DNA from: Yuukianura sp. NJ FZ-2021
Taxonomy: Eukaryota
NCBI GenBank assembly: GCA_046563655.1
Contig: CM102286.1
Location: 9,238,001-9,302,000 of the forward strand
Length of the DNA stretch: 64,000 nt
Reading direction: 5' to 3'
Shown here: positions 37,645 to 50,400 of the stretch, piece by piece
Layout of the letters: each line of letters starts with the position of its first letter
Position numbering within the stretch: position 1 is the first letter of the stretch
The notes under the pieces: model-generated
Database searches by the model: none
Told to the model about the DNA's origin: nothing
The model's input: only the letters and a program-made list of their open reading frames with translations
Made by a program: the position numbers and the translations under genes

Positions 37645-38079
37645 TCAAAGTGCGTAGCTATGTCTTACACTGTAATCGTCACTGAAAATGTTCGGTTTTA
37701 GTTTAAAGTTTGAACACAATAAATTCGACACATCGCCACCTTTCGTCGAAGTAAACTTGGGCGCCCCGACTAAACCCACCCACCCTTTCACATATTCGCG
37801 CCGCTGCTGTAGTTGGACCCCACGCATTGTAACCCATCGCATGGATATATTTGTAGGCTTCGACACTTCAAGCAATGAGGGTATTCAACGCAAAGTTAAC
37901 CAAAAATTATTTTTGTCAAAACTATTCTTAATTATACTGGCCTGAATGAGTACAATTATGATGCCGTGTGCGGCTTTGTAGTAGTCGTGTGTAGGCTTTG
38001 AGAAAAAATTGTAGTTTGTATCAAAAACACGTATAGAAAAGGCTACTTTACTCACCATATCAGAACAGGAAATGACCAT
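37645..38079 (-). pseudogene. Degenerate Rab-like small GTPase fragment
   Basis: DYYKAAHGIIIV...SFD...W resembles Rab YYRGAHGIIVVYD...SF...W. A GTGAGT..AAG intron (~60 nt) precedes it. There is an in-frame stop at ~37885, and no intact P-loop or NKxD motif is visible. Confidence 0.4.
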
Positions 38080-38113
38080 TATTAAATATTACCGCACTGG
38101 AGCAACTCTTTCC

Positions 38114-38500
38114 GGGTCAAAGGTCAAGGTCGTCGACCTTTTCAATATAAAACTGGGAAAATGACCCTGACAAAAGTTTTTCCTCTCATTGAGGGGAACA
38201 ACTTTGGTATGTGACCCATGTGTTACTGACCCTTCCGAAGGGGTGAAAACCCGGATCAAAAGTCAGCATATCTATATACAGTGTGCATGGCCAAGGTAAG
38301 CACTCTACCATGCCCAGTCACATATAAGACAAGCATCCTAGGGAGAGGGAAGTGGGGGAACCAACCCACCCCACTCCTCCGGGGAAGGAGAATTGGGGGA
38401 AACGCACCCCAACTGCTCCGGTGGGAAGGGGGGTAGAGTGAGGAAACCCACCGTTACTCCTATGGGGGGAGGAGTGGGAACGAAGCGAAGTGACACAATG
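38114..38500 (+). mobile_element. Partial, diverged copy of the DINE-1-like element at 19824-21422
   Basis: GGGTCAAAGGTCAAGGTC...CTCTCATTGAGGGGAACAACTTTG...ACATATAAG...CCTAGG is collinear with ~20034-20262. The G-rich part is short and not expanded. Confidence 0.75.
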
Positions 38501-38504
38501 GGTT

Positions 38505-40040
38505 TATATGTATGTTTTTCAGAGGGATCTCTAAGTGCATTTTACACAGAGAGGATCACGGCGATGAGGCGCACTATCGAGCCTATTTCGCACTCTCCAT
38601 AACACCAATTTAATTTCAGGGATTTACTCTCCCAGATCTAACCTTCGCTCTATTTAATTTTCGGAGGAATTCCGTTAGTTCAGAGAGAGAAGTGTTTTGA
38701 AGATCTTCCTTTCTCAAGAGGTATACCCCAAATGCCTTTAGCCTTGGGTTCATGTGTGCCTCACACTCCATCAGGAGGTGATCGCGAGTCTCTTCCTTAT
38801 ATCCACAGTGTGGACATAATGGCGACTCTGCGATACCCATCCTGTCGAGGTGTTTGGCATATTGTCCATGTCCTGTAATCAATTCTGTAAGAGATTTAAG
38901 ATCTTCTCTATTTAGTTTTAAGCAGTGCTTAGCATTTTGAGTACATATTTTTGTGATTACTTTTTAGAGTCTTCACATCCCTGTTGTGATCGCCATCTTT
39001 TTTCATGACAGGTTCTGGAATAGTCACTGATTGCTGTTACTATTGTACTGTAAGGAATTGGTAATATTGGTTCTGGCCCAATAAATTTTGTGTAAGAAGC
39101 CGCCTTCGCTAAACTGTCCACTATTTCATTTCCTACATACCCCTTATGTGCTGGTATCCAGTTAACATTTAGCGGGCATATTGTGCTGATTTTGTTAAGT
39201 GTTATGTGAGATTCATAGATAAGGATTGTACTCTCATCATTTTTTCCCATTAGGCTTTTAACAACTCCTTGGTTGTCGATATAAATTTCAACAAGTTTTA
39301 TGTTCTTATATTCTGGTTTATCTGCAGACAAGGTCTTTTCAACCCAATCAGCAGCCGAAAGTAGAGTGTACGCCTCTGCTTGAAAGACGCTTGTGTATTG
39401 TCCAAGGGGATATATTTCACTTGGTAGTATTTTGTTACCATTGAGTACTACGTATGCAGCACCGGAAGAATTTATTTTAGATCCATTAGTGAAGACGTGG
39501 AAGACCGTAGCGCTACGCTCCAGCTCCCCTTCCTCTTCCCAATGTTTCCGTTTCTTTATTAGTATATTGTAACTTATGGGAGGAGTGGGTAGGGGATATA
39601 GTGGGAGATTATTTCTCCATTCCTCACATTGTTTTATATGGGTGTTCCTTCTCAGAAGCCCCATTGATTTCCATGGGAGCCAGTTCTTATGGTCAATTAG
39701 CCTTAGCATTGTTTTAACGCACAATGTCATGATGTGAAGGTGGATTTGGCGTATGTCTATAATACACTCCATGCTGGCAGTTGGCGTGGATCGCATTGCC
39801 CCTGTTATGTTGAGCAATGCCAGCCTTTGCGCCTTTTGCAGCATGGTTAGTGTGTTTTGTTTAGTTACTGCGGTTGCCCAGCAGACGCACGCATGTGTGA
39901 TCCTCGGGCGGACAATAGCAGTATAAATCCAGTAACATATTTTAGGATTGAGTCCCCACGTTGTGGATATAGCTCGTTTACACTGATGCAGAGTGATTAT
40001 TCCTGCAAGTGCTTTGGTTTTACAATGTTCAGTCCACGTT
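38505..40040 (-). mobile_element. 5'-truncated non-LTR retrotransposon (LOA/Lian-like, I group): RT C-terminus, RNase H, CCHC finger, 3' UTR; decayed
   Basis: RT C-terminal region WGLNPKICYWIYTAIVRPRI...QRLALLNITGAMRSTPT. RNase H motifs FTNGSK, EAY, IYIDNQ and WIPAHKGYVGNEIVDSLAK. After a frameshift near 38957 come ITGHG and CPHC...DHLLMEC. The first catalytic Asp appears as Asn. Confidence 0.88.
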
Positions 40041-40600
40041 TCAGGCAAGACGAACGTTGACCTGTTGACCTTAAGGTGCGATGCTTTAATTGCATCGGGT
40101 GCTTTGGACAGCAGTTCGCTGATCCTAAGATTCCATCTTTTGATGGAAGGTGAAGCACTAGAATGGTGGCGATGGTCACAAACGAAAATTATCAGGGATT
40201 TGACCCCTGCAAATTCCAATTCTAAGTGGCAGGACTTGAAAATTGCGATCAGGTCATTCTATGACCCCGAACAGGTCAAATCGGACGCAAAGAGAAAACT
40301 AAAAACTATTTTTCTACAAACTTGCGACTCTCATTATGAGTATGTCGCCAAGAAACTGGCATGCCTGTCGGTCATTGATTCAGACATGTCTGAAGAAAAA
40401 CAAGTTGAAAAATTAATCAAAGGTCTCCCATATTTTGTAAAAAACATGATGACCCTGATTGGCCCCTAAACTCCTGCCGAGTTTTTACAAAAACTTAGGA
40501 AGTTAGGAAAGCCTAACTTCAACAATGACAAAAAAGTCAAAATTCGCTGGTCAAATTCAAATCACCTGCAGATAATACAAATCCAAATAAGCAAAAAGAG
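40035..40600 (+). pseudogene. Gypsy-like gag fragment with premature stop
   Basis: SGKTNVD...LMEGEALEWW...WQDLKIAIRSFY...LIKGLP. A stop at 40467-40469 is followed by an in-frame continuation TPAEFL. Confidence 0.7.
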
Positions 40601-40668
40601 TCTTCTACTCTTACCTCTGCAACAGAAACTGGCAGAAAGTTTGAACAAAAGAAACGAAAGGTCTGTAC

Positions 40669-41432
40669 AGGAGGAATGGCCAGGAACAAAATTTCTGTGC
40701 ATTCAAATGAGGTTTGAAAAATTCAAATAATATTCTCAGGCACCTAACACCTCCCTGTCGCAACCCTAATTTTTCATGTTTTATCAATTTGCACCAAACG
40801 CCTTCCGGCGGCAATAAATTTGCGTGTATTTGAGGCAAAGTACTTGCAAAACGCTTACATTTTCTTGCCGAGCGGGACGCATTCTACACTTAATAAGGTT
40901 GTTTTGAGGATTTCCAAATGAAGCTATTGCCACCAAAATACTGAAGTCGTTCTTAAGGGAAGAATGGCCAGGAACGAAATTTCTGTGCATTTAAATGAGG
41001 TTTGAAAAATTCAAATAATATTCTCAGTCACATAACTCCTCCCTGTCGCAAGCCTTAATTTTCATGTTTTATCAATTTGCACCAAACGCCGTCCGCCGCG
41101 CTAAGTTTACGCGTATTTGAGGCAAAGTACTTGCAAAACACTTAAATTTTTCTGTCCGAGCGGGACGCATTCTACACTTAATAAGGTTGTTCTGAGGATT
41201 TCCAAATGAAGCTATTGCCACCAAAATACTGAAGTCGTTCTTAAGGAAGGAATGGCCAGGAACGTATTTTCTGTGCATTTAAATGAGGTTTGAAAAATTC
41301 AAATAATATTCTCAGTCACATAACTCCTCCCTGTCGCAAGCCTTAATTTTCATGTTTTGTCAATGTGCACCAAACGCCTTCCGGCGGCAATAAATTTACG
41401 TGTATTTGAGGCAAAGTACTTGCAAAACGCTT
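40669..41432 (-). repeat. ~2.6 monomers of the 288-bp satellite in inverted orientation
   Basis: Reverse complement of the downstream array monomer (minus-strand ORFs at 40784 and 41072 mirror the plus-strand repeat ORFs). Confidence 0.93.
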
Positions 41433-41463
41433 TCGGAAATTTTGTTGGTAATTCTGCACGCGG

Positions 41464-44400
41464 AAATTTATTGCCGCCGGAAGGCGTTTGGTGCAAATTG
41501 ATAAAACATGAAAATTAAGGCTTGCGACAGGGAGGAGTTATGTGACTGAGAATATTATTTGAATTTTTCAAACCTCATTTAAATGCACAGAAATTTCGTT
41601 CCTGGCCATTCTTCCCTTAAGAACGACTTCAGTATTTTGGTGGCAATAGCTTCATTTGGAAATCCTCAAAACAACCTTATTAAGTGTAGAATGCGTCCCG
41701 CTCGGCCAGAAAATGTAAGCGTTTTGCAAGTACTTTGCCTCAAATACACGTAAATTTATTGCCGCCGGAAGGCGTTTGGTGCACATTGACAAAACATGAA
41801 AATTAAGGCTTGCGACAGGGAGGAGTTATGTGACTGAGAATATTATTTGAATTTTTCAAACCTCATTTAAATGCACAGAAATTTCGTTCCTGGCCATTCT
41901 TCCCTTAAGAACGACTTCAGTATTTTGGTGGCAATAGCTTCATTTGGAAATCCTCAGAACAACCTTATTAAGTGTAGAATGCGTCCCGCTCGGACAGAAA
42001 AATTTAAGTGTTTTGCAAGTACTTTGCCTCAAATACGCGTAAACTTAGCGCGGCGGACGGCGTTTGGTGCAAATTGATAAAACATGAAAATTAAGGCTTG
42101 CGACAGGGAGGAGTTATGTGACTGAGAATATTATTTGAATTTTTCAAACCTCATTTAAATGCACAGAAATTTCGTTCCTGGCCATTCTTCCCTTAAGAAC
42201 GACTCAGTATTTTGGTGGCAATAGCTTCATTTGGAAATCCTCAAAACAACTTTATTAAGTGTAGAATGCGTCCCGCTCGGCCAGAAAATGTAAGCGTTTT
42301 GCAAGTACTTTGCCTCAAATACACGTATATTTATTGCCGCCGGAAGGCGTTTGGTGCACATTGACAAAACATGAAAATTAAGGCTTGCGACAGGGAGGAG
42401 TTATGTGACTGAGAATATTATTTGAATTTTTCAAACCTCATTTAAATGCACAGAAATTTCGTTCCTGGCCATTCTTCCCTTAAGAACGACTTCAGTATTT
42501 TGGTGGCAATAGCTTCATTTGGAAATCCTCAAAACAACCTTATTAAGTGTAGAATGCGTCCCGCTCGGCCAGAAAATGTAAGCGTTTTGCAAGTACTTTG
42601 CCTCAAATACACGTAAATTTATTGCCGCCGGAAGGCGTTTGGTGCACATTGACAAAACATGAAAATTAAGGCTTGCGACAGGGAGGAGTTATGTGACTGA
42701 GAATATTATTTGAATTTTTCAAACCTCATTTAAATGCACAGAAATTTCGTTCCTGGCCATTCTTCCCTTAAGAACGACTTCAGTATTTTGGTGGCAATAG
42801 CTTCATTTGGAAATCCTCAAAACAACTTTATTAAGTGTAGAATGCGTCCCGCTCGGCCAGAAAATGTAAGCGTTTTGCAAGTACTTTGCCTCAAGTACAC
42901 GTAAATTTATTGCCGCCGGAAGGCGTTTGGTGCACATTGACAAAACATGAAAATTTAGGCTTGCGACAGGGAGAAGTTTTGTGACTGAGAATATTATTTG
43001 AATTTTTCAAACCACATTTAAATGCACAGAAAATACGTTCCTGGCCATTCCTTCCTTAAGAACGACTTCAGTATTTTGGTGGCAATAGCTTCATTTGGAA
43101 ATCCTCAGAACAACCTTATTAAGTGTAGATTGCGTCCCGCTCGGACAGAAAAATTTAAGTGTTTTGCAAGTACTTTGCCTCAAATACGCGTAAACTTTGC
43201 GCGGCGGACGGCGTTTGGTGCAAATTGATAAAACATGAAAATTAAGGCTTGCGACAGGGAGGAGTTATGTGACTGAGAATATTATTTGAATTTTTCAAAC
43301 CTCATTTAAATGCACAGAAATTTCGTTCCTGGCCATTCTTCCCTTAAGAACGACTTCAGTATTTTGGTGGCAATAGCTTCATTTGGAAATCCTCAAAACA
43401 ACTTTATTAAGTGTAGAATGCGTCCCGCTCGGCCAGAAAATGTAAGCGTTTTGCAAGTACTTTGCCTCAAATACACGTATATTTATTGCCGCCGGAAGGC
43501 GTTTGGTGCACATTGACAAAACATGAAAATTTAGGCTTGCGACAGGGAGAAGTTATGTGACTGAGAATATTATTTGAATTTTTCAAACCACATTTAAATG
43601 CACAGAAAATACGTTCCTGGCCATTCCTTCCTTAAGAACGACTTCAGTATTTTGGTGGCAATAGCTTCATTTGGAAATCCTCAGAACAACCTTATTAAGT
43701 GTAGAATGCGTTACGCTCGGACAGAAAAATTTAAGTGTTTTGCAAGTACTTTGCCTCAAATACGCGTAAACTTTGCGCGGCGGACGGCGTTTGGTGCAAA
43801 TTGATAAAACATGAAAATTAAGGCTTGCGACAGGGAGGAGTTATGTGATTGAGAATATTATTTGAATTTTTCAAACCTCATTTAAATGCACAGAAATTTC
43901 GTTCCTGGCCATTCTTCCCTTAAGAACGACTTCAGTATTTTGGTGGCAATAGCTTCATTTGGAAATCCTCAAAACAACCTTATTAAGTGTAGAATGCGTC
44001 CCGCTCGGCCAGAAAATGTAAGCGTTTTGCAAGTACTTTGCCTCAAATACACGTAAATTTATTGCCGCCGGAAGGCGTTTGGTGCACATTGACAAAACAT
44101 GAAAATTAAGGCTTGCGACAGGGAGGAGTTATGTGACTGAGAATATTATTTGAATCTTTCAAACCTCATTTAAATGCACAGAAATTTCGTTCCTGGCCAT
44201 TCTTCCCTTAAGAACGACTTCAGTATTTTGGTGGCAATAGCTTCATTTGTAAATCCTCAAAACAACCTTATTAAGTGTAGAATGCGTCCCGCTCGGACAG
44301 AAAAATGTAAGCGTTTTGCAAGTACTTTGCCTCAAATACGCGTAAACTTAGCGCGGCGGACGGCGTTTGGTGCAAATTGATAAAACATGAAAATTAAGGC

Positions 44401-47400
44401 TTGCGACAGGGAGGAGTTATGTGACTGAGAATATTATTTGAATTTTTCAAACCTCATTTAAATGCACAGAAATTTCGCTCCTGGCCATTCTTCCCTTAAG
44501 AACGACTCAGTATTTTGGTGGCAATAGCTTCATTTGGAAATCCTCAAAACAACCTTATTAAGTGTAGAATGCGTCCCGCTCGGCCAGAAAATGTAAGCGT
44601 TTTGCAAGTACTTTGCCTCAAATACACGTAAATTTATTGCCGCCGGAAGGCGTTTGGTGCACATTGACAAAACATGAAAATTAAGGCTTGCGACAGGGAG
44701 GAGTTATGTGACTGAGAATATTATTTGAATTTTTCAAACCTCATTTAAATGCACAGAAATTTCGTTCCTGGCCATTCTTCCCTTAAGAACGACTTCAGTA
44801 TTTTGGTGGCAATAGCTTCATTTGGAAATCCTCAGAACAACCTTATTACGTGTAGAATGCGTCCCGCTCGGACAGAAAAATTTAAGTGTTTTGCAAGTAC
44901 TTTGCCTCAAATACGCGTAAACTTAGCGCGGCGGACGGCGTTTGGTGCAAATTGATAAAACATGAAAATTAAGGCTTGCGACAGGGAGGAGTTATGTGAC
45001 TGAGAATATTATTTGAATTTTTCAAACCTCATTTAAATGCACAGAAATTTCGTTCCTGGCCATTCTTCCCTTAAGAACGACTCAGTATTTTGGTGGCAAT
45101 AGCTTCATTTGGAAATCCTCAAAACAACCTTATTAAGTGTAGAATGCGTCCCGCTCGGCCAGAAAATGTAAGCGTTTTGCAAGTACTTTGCCTCAAATAC
45201 ACGTAAATTTATTGCCGCCGGAAGGCGTTTGGTGCACATTGACAAAACATGAAAATTAAGGCTTGCGACAGGGAGGAGTTATGTGACTGAGAATATTATT
45301 TGAATTTTTCAAACCTCATTTAAATGCACAGAAATTTCGTTCCTGGCCATTCTTCCCTTAAGAACGACTTCAGTATTTTGGTGGCAACAGCTTCATTTGG
45401 AAATCCTCAAAACAACCTTATTAAGTGTAGAATGCGTCCCGCTCGGCCAGAAAATGTAAGCGTTTTGCAAGTACTTTGCCTCAAATACACGTAAATTTAT
45501 TGCCGCCGGAAGGCGTTTGGTGCACATTGACAAAACATGAAAATTAAGGCTTGCGACAGGGAGGAGTTATGTGACTGAGAATATTATTTGAATTTTTCAA
45601 ACCTCATTTAAATGCACAGAAATTTCGTTCCTGGCCATTCTTCCCTTAAGAACGACTTCAGTATTTTGGTGGCAATAGCTTCATTTGGAAATCCTCAGAA
45701 CAACCTTATTAAGTGTAGAATGCGTCCCGCTCGCACAGAAAAATTTAAGTGTTTTGCAAGTACTTTGCCTCAAATACGCGTAAACTTTGCGCGGCGGACG
45801 GCGTTTGGTGCAAATTGATAAAACATGAAAATTAAGGCTTGCGACAGGGAGGAGTTATGTGACTGAGAATATTATTTGAATTTTTCAAACCTCATTTAAA
45901 TGCACAGAAATTTCGTTCCTGGCCATTCTTCCCTTAAGAACGACTCAGTATTTTGGTGGCAATAGCTTCATTTGGAAATCCTCAAAACAACCTTATTAAG
46001 TGTAGAATGCGTCCCGCTCGGCCAGAAAATGTAAGCGTTTTGCAAGTACTTTGCCTCAAATACACGTAAATTTATTGCCGCCGGAAGGCGTTTGGTGCAC
46101 ATTGACAAAACATGAAAATTAAGGCTTGCGACAGGGAGGAGTTATGTGACTGAGAATATTATTTGAATTTTTCAAACCTCATTTAAATGCACAGAAATTT
46201 CGTTCCTGGCCATTCTTCCCTTAAGAACGACTTCAGTATTTTGGTGGCAATAGCTTCATTTGGAAATCCTCAGAACAACCTTATTAAGTGTAGAATGCGT
46301 CCCGCTCGGACAGAAAAATTTAAGTGTTTTGCAAGTACTTTGCCTCAAATACGCGTAAACTTTGCGCGGCGGACGGCGTTTGGTGCAAATTGATAAAACA
46401 TGAAAATTAAGGCTTGCGACAGGGAGGAGTTATGTGACTGAGAATATTATTTGAATTTTTCAAACCTCATTTAAATGCACAGAAATTTCGTTCCTGGCCA
46501 TTCTTCCCTTAAGAACGACTCAGTATTTTGGTGGCAATAGCTTCATTTGGAAATCCTCAAAACAACCTTATTAAGTGTAGAATGCGTCCCGCTCGGCCAG
46601 AAAATGTAAGCGTTTTGCAAGTACTTTGCCTCAAATACACGTAAATTTATTGCCGCCGGAAGGCGTTTGGTGCACATTGACAAAACATGAAAATTAAGGC
46701 TTGCGACAGGGAGGAGTTATGTGACTGAGAATATTATTTGAATTTTTCAAACCTCATTTAAATGCACAGAAATTTCGTTCCTGGCCATTCTTCCCTTAAG
46801 AACGACTTCAGTATTTTGGTGGAAATTGCTTCATTTGGAAATCCTCAGAACAACCTTATTAAGTGTAGAATGCGTCCCGCTCGGACAGAAAAATTTAAGT
46901 GTTTTGCAAGTACTTTGCCTCAAATACGCGTAAACTTAGCGCGGCGGACGGCGTTTGGTGCAAATTGATAAAACATGAAAATTAAGGCTTGCGACAGGGA
47001 GGAGTTATGTGACTGAGAATATTATTTGAATTTTTCAAACCTCATTTAAATGCACAGAAATTTCGTTCCTGGCCATTCTTCCCTTAAGAACGACTTCAGT
47101 ATTTTGGTGGCAATAGCTTCATTTGGAAATCCTCAAAACAACCTTATTAAGTGTAGAATGCGTCCCGCTCGGCCAGAAAATGTAAGCGTTTTGCAAGTAC
47201 TTTGCCTCAAATACACGTAAATTTATTGCCGCCGGAAGGCGTTTGGTGCACATTGACAAAACATGAAAATTAAGGCTTGCGACAGGGAGGAGTTATGTGA
47301 CTGAGAATATTATTTGAATTTTTCAAACCTAATTCAAATGCACAGAAATTTCGTTCCTGGCCATTCTTCCCTTAAGAACGACTTCAGTATTTTGGTGGCA

Positions 47401-50400
47401 ATAGCTTCATTTGGAAATCCTCAGAACAACCTTATTAAGTGTAGAATGCGTCCCGCTCGGACAGAAAAATTTAAGTGTTTTGCAAGTACTTTGCCTCAAA
47501 TACGCGTAAACTTAGCGCGGCGGACGGCGTTTGGTGCAAATTGATAAAACATGAAAATTAAGGCTTGCGACAGGGAGGAGTTATGTGACTGAGAATATTA
47601 TTTGAATTTTTCAAACCTCATTTAAATGCACAGAAATTTCGTTCCTGGCCATTCTTCCCTTAAGAACGACTCAGTATTTTGGTGGCAATAGCTTCATTTG
47701 GAAATCCTCAAAACAACCTTATTAAGTGTAGAATGCGTCCCGCTCGGCCAGAAAATGTAAGCGTTTTGCAAGTACTTTGCCTCAAATACACGTAAATTTA
47801 TTGCCGCCGGAAGGCGTTTGGTGCACATTGACAAAACATGAAAATTAAGGCTTGCGACAGGGAGGAGTTATGTGACTGAGAATATTATTTGAATTTTTCA
47901 AACCTCATTTAAATGCACAGAAATTTCGTTCCTGGCCATTCTTCCCTTAAGAACGACTTCAGTATTTTGGTGGCAATAGCTTCATTTGGAAATCCTCAAA
48001 ACAACTTTATTAAGTGTAGAATGCGTCCCGCTCGGCCAGAAAATGTAAGCGTTTTGCAAGTACTTTGCCTCAAATACACGTAAATTTATTGCCGCCGGAA
48101 GGCGTTTGGTGCACATTGACAAAACATGAAAATTAAGGCTTGCGACAGGGAGGAGTTATGTGACTGAGAATATTATTTGAATTTTTCAAACCTCATTTAA
48201 ATGCACAGAAATTTCGTTCCTGGCCATTCTTCCCTTAAGAACGACTCAGTATTTTGGTGGCAATAGCTTCATTTGGAAATCCTCAAAACAACCTTATTAA
48301 GTGTAGAATGCGTCCCGCTCGGCCAGAAAATGTAAGCGTTTTGCAAGTACTTTGCCTCAAATACACGTAAATTTATTGCCGCCGGAAGGCGTTTGGTGCA
48401 CATTGACAAAACATGAAAATTAAGGCTTGCGACAGGGAGGAGTTATGTGACTGAGAATATTATTTGAATTTTTCAAACCTCATTTAAATGCACAGAAATT
48501 TCGTTCCTGGCCATTCTTCCCTTAAGAACGACTTCAGTATTTTGGTGGCAATAGCTTCATTTGGAAATCCTCAAAACAACTTTATTAAGTGTAGAATGCG
48601 TCCCGCTCGGCCAGAAAATGTAAGCGTTTTGCAAGTACTTTGCCTCAAATACACGTAAATTTATTGCCGCCGGAAGGCGTTTGGTGCACATTGACAAAAC
48701 ATGAAAATTAAGGCTTGCGACAGGGAGGAGTTATGTGACTGAGAATATTATTTGAATTTTTCAAACCTCATTTAAATGCACAGAAATTTCGTTCCTGGCC
48801 ATTCTTCCCTTAAGAACGACTCAGTATTTTGGTGGCAATAGCTTCATTTGGAAATCCTCAAAACAACCTTATTAAGTGTAGAATGCGTCCCGCTCGGCCA
48901 GAAAATGTAAGCGTTTTGCAAGTACTTTGCCTCAAATACACGTAAATTTATTGCCGCCGGAAGGCGTTTGGTGCACATTGACAAAACATGAAAATTAAGG
49001 CTTGCGACAGGGAGGAGTTATGTGACTGAGAATATTATTTGAATTTTTCAAACCTCATTTAAATGCACAGAAATTTCGTTCCTGGCCATTCTTCCCCTTA
49101 AGAACGACTCAGTATTTTGGTGGCAATAGCTTCATTTGGAAATCCTCAAAACAACCTTATTAAGTGTAGAATGCGTCCCGCTCGGCCAGAAAATGTAAGC
49201 GTTTTGCAAGTACTTTGCCTCAAATACACGTAAATTTATTGCCGCCGGAAGGCGTTTGGTGCAAATTGATAAAACATGAAAATTAAGGCTTGCGACAGGG
49301 AGGAGTTATGTGACTGAGAATATTATTTGAATTTTTCAAACCTCATTTAAATGCACAGAAATTTCGTTCCTGGCCATTCTTCCCTTAAGAACGACTTCAG
49401 TATTTTGGTGGCAATAGCTTCATTTGGAAATCCTCAAAACAACCTTATTAAGTGTAGAATGCGTCCCGCTCGGCCAGAAAATGTAAGCGTTTTGCAAGTA
49501 CTTTGCCTCAAATACACGTAAATTTATTGCCGCCGGAAGGCGTTTGGTGCACATTGACAAAACATGAAAATTAAGGCTTGCGACAGGGAGGAGTTATGTG
49601 ACTGAGAATATTATTTGAATTTTTCAAACCTCATTTAAATGCACAGAAATTTCGTTCCTGGCCATTCTTCCCTTAAGAACGACTTCAGTATTTTGGTGGC
49701 AATAGCTTCATTTGGAAATCCTCAAAACAACTTTATTAAGTGTAGAATGCGTCCCGCTCGGCCAGAAAATGTAAGCGTTTTGCAAGTACTTTGCCTCAAA
49801 TACACGTAAATTTATTGCCGCCGGAAGGCGTTTGGTGCACATTGACAAAACATGAAAATTTAGGCTTGCGACAGGGAGAAGTTATGTGACTGAGAATATT
49901 ATCTGAATTTTTGAAACCACATTTAAATGCACAGAAAATACGTTCCTGGCCATTCCTTCCTTAAGAACGACTTCAGTATTTTGGTGGCAATAGCTTCATT
50001 TGGAAATCCTCAAAACAACCTTATTAAGTGTAGAATGCGTCCCGCTCGGCCAGAAAATGTAAGCGTTTTGCAAGTACTTTGCCTCAAATACACGTAAATT
50101 TATTGCCGCCGGAAGGCGTTTGGTGCACATTGACAAAACATGAAAATTAAGGCTTGCGACAGGGAGGAGTTATGTGACTGAGAATATTATTTGAATTTTT
50201 CAAACCTCATTTAAATGCACAGAAATTTCGTTCCTGGCCATTCTTCCCTTAAGAACGACTTCAGTATTTTGGTGGCAATAGCTTCATTTGGGAAATCCTC
50301 AAAACAACTTTATTAAGTGTAGAATGCGTCCCGCTCGGCCAGAAAATGTAAGCGTTTTGCAAGTACTTTGCCTCAAATACACGTAAATTTATTGCCGCCG

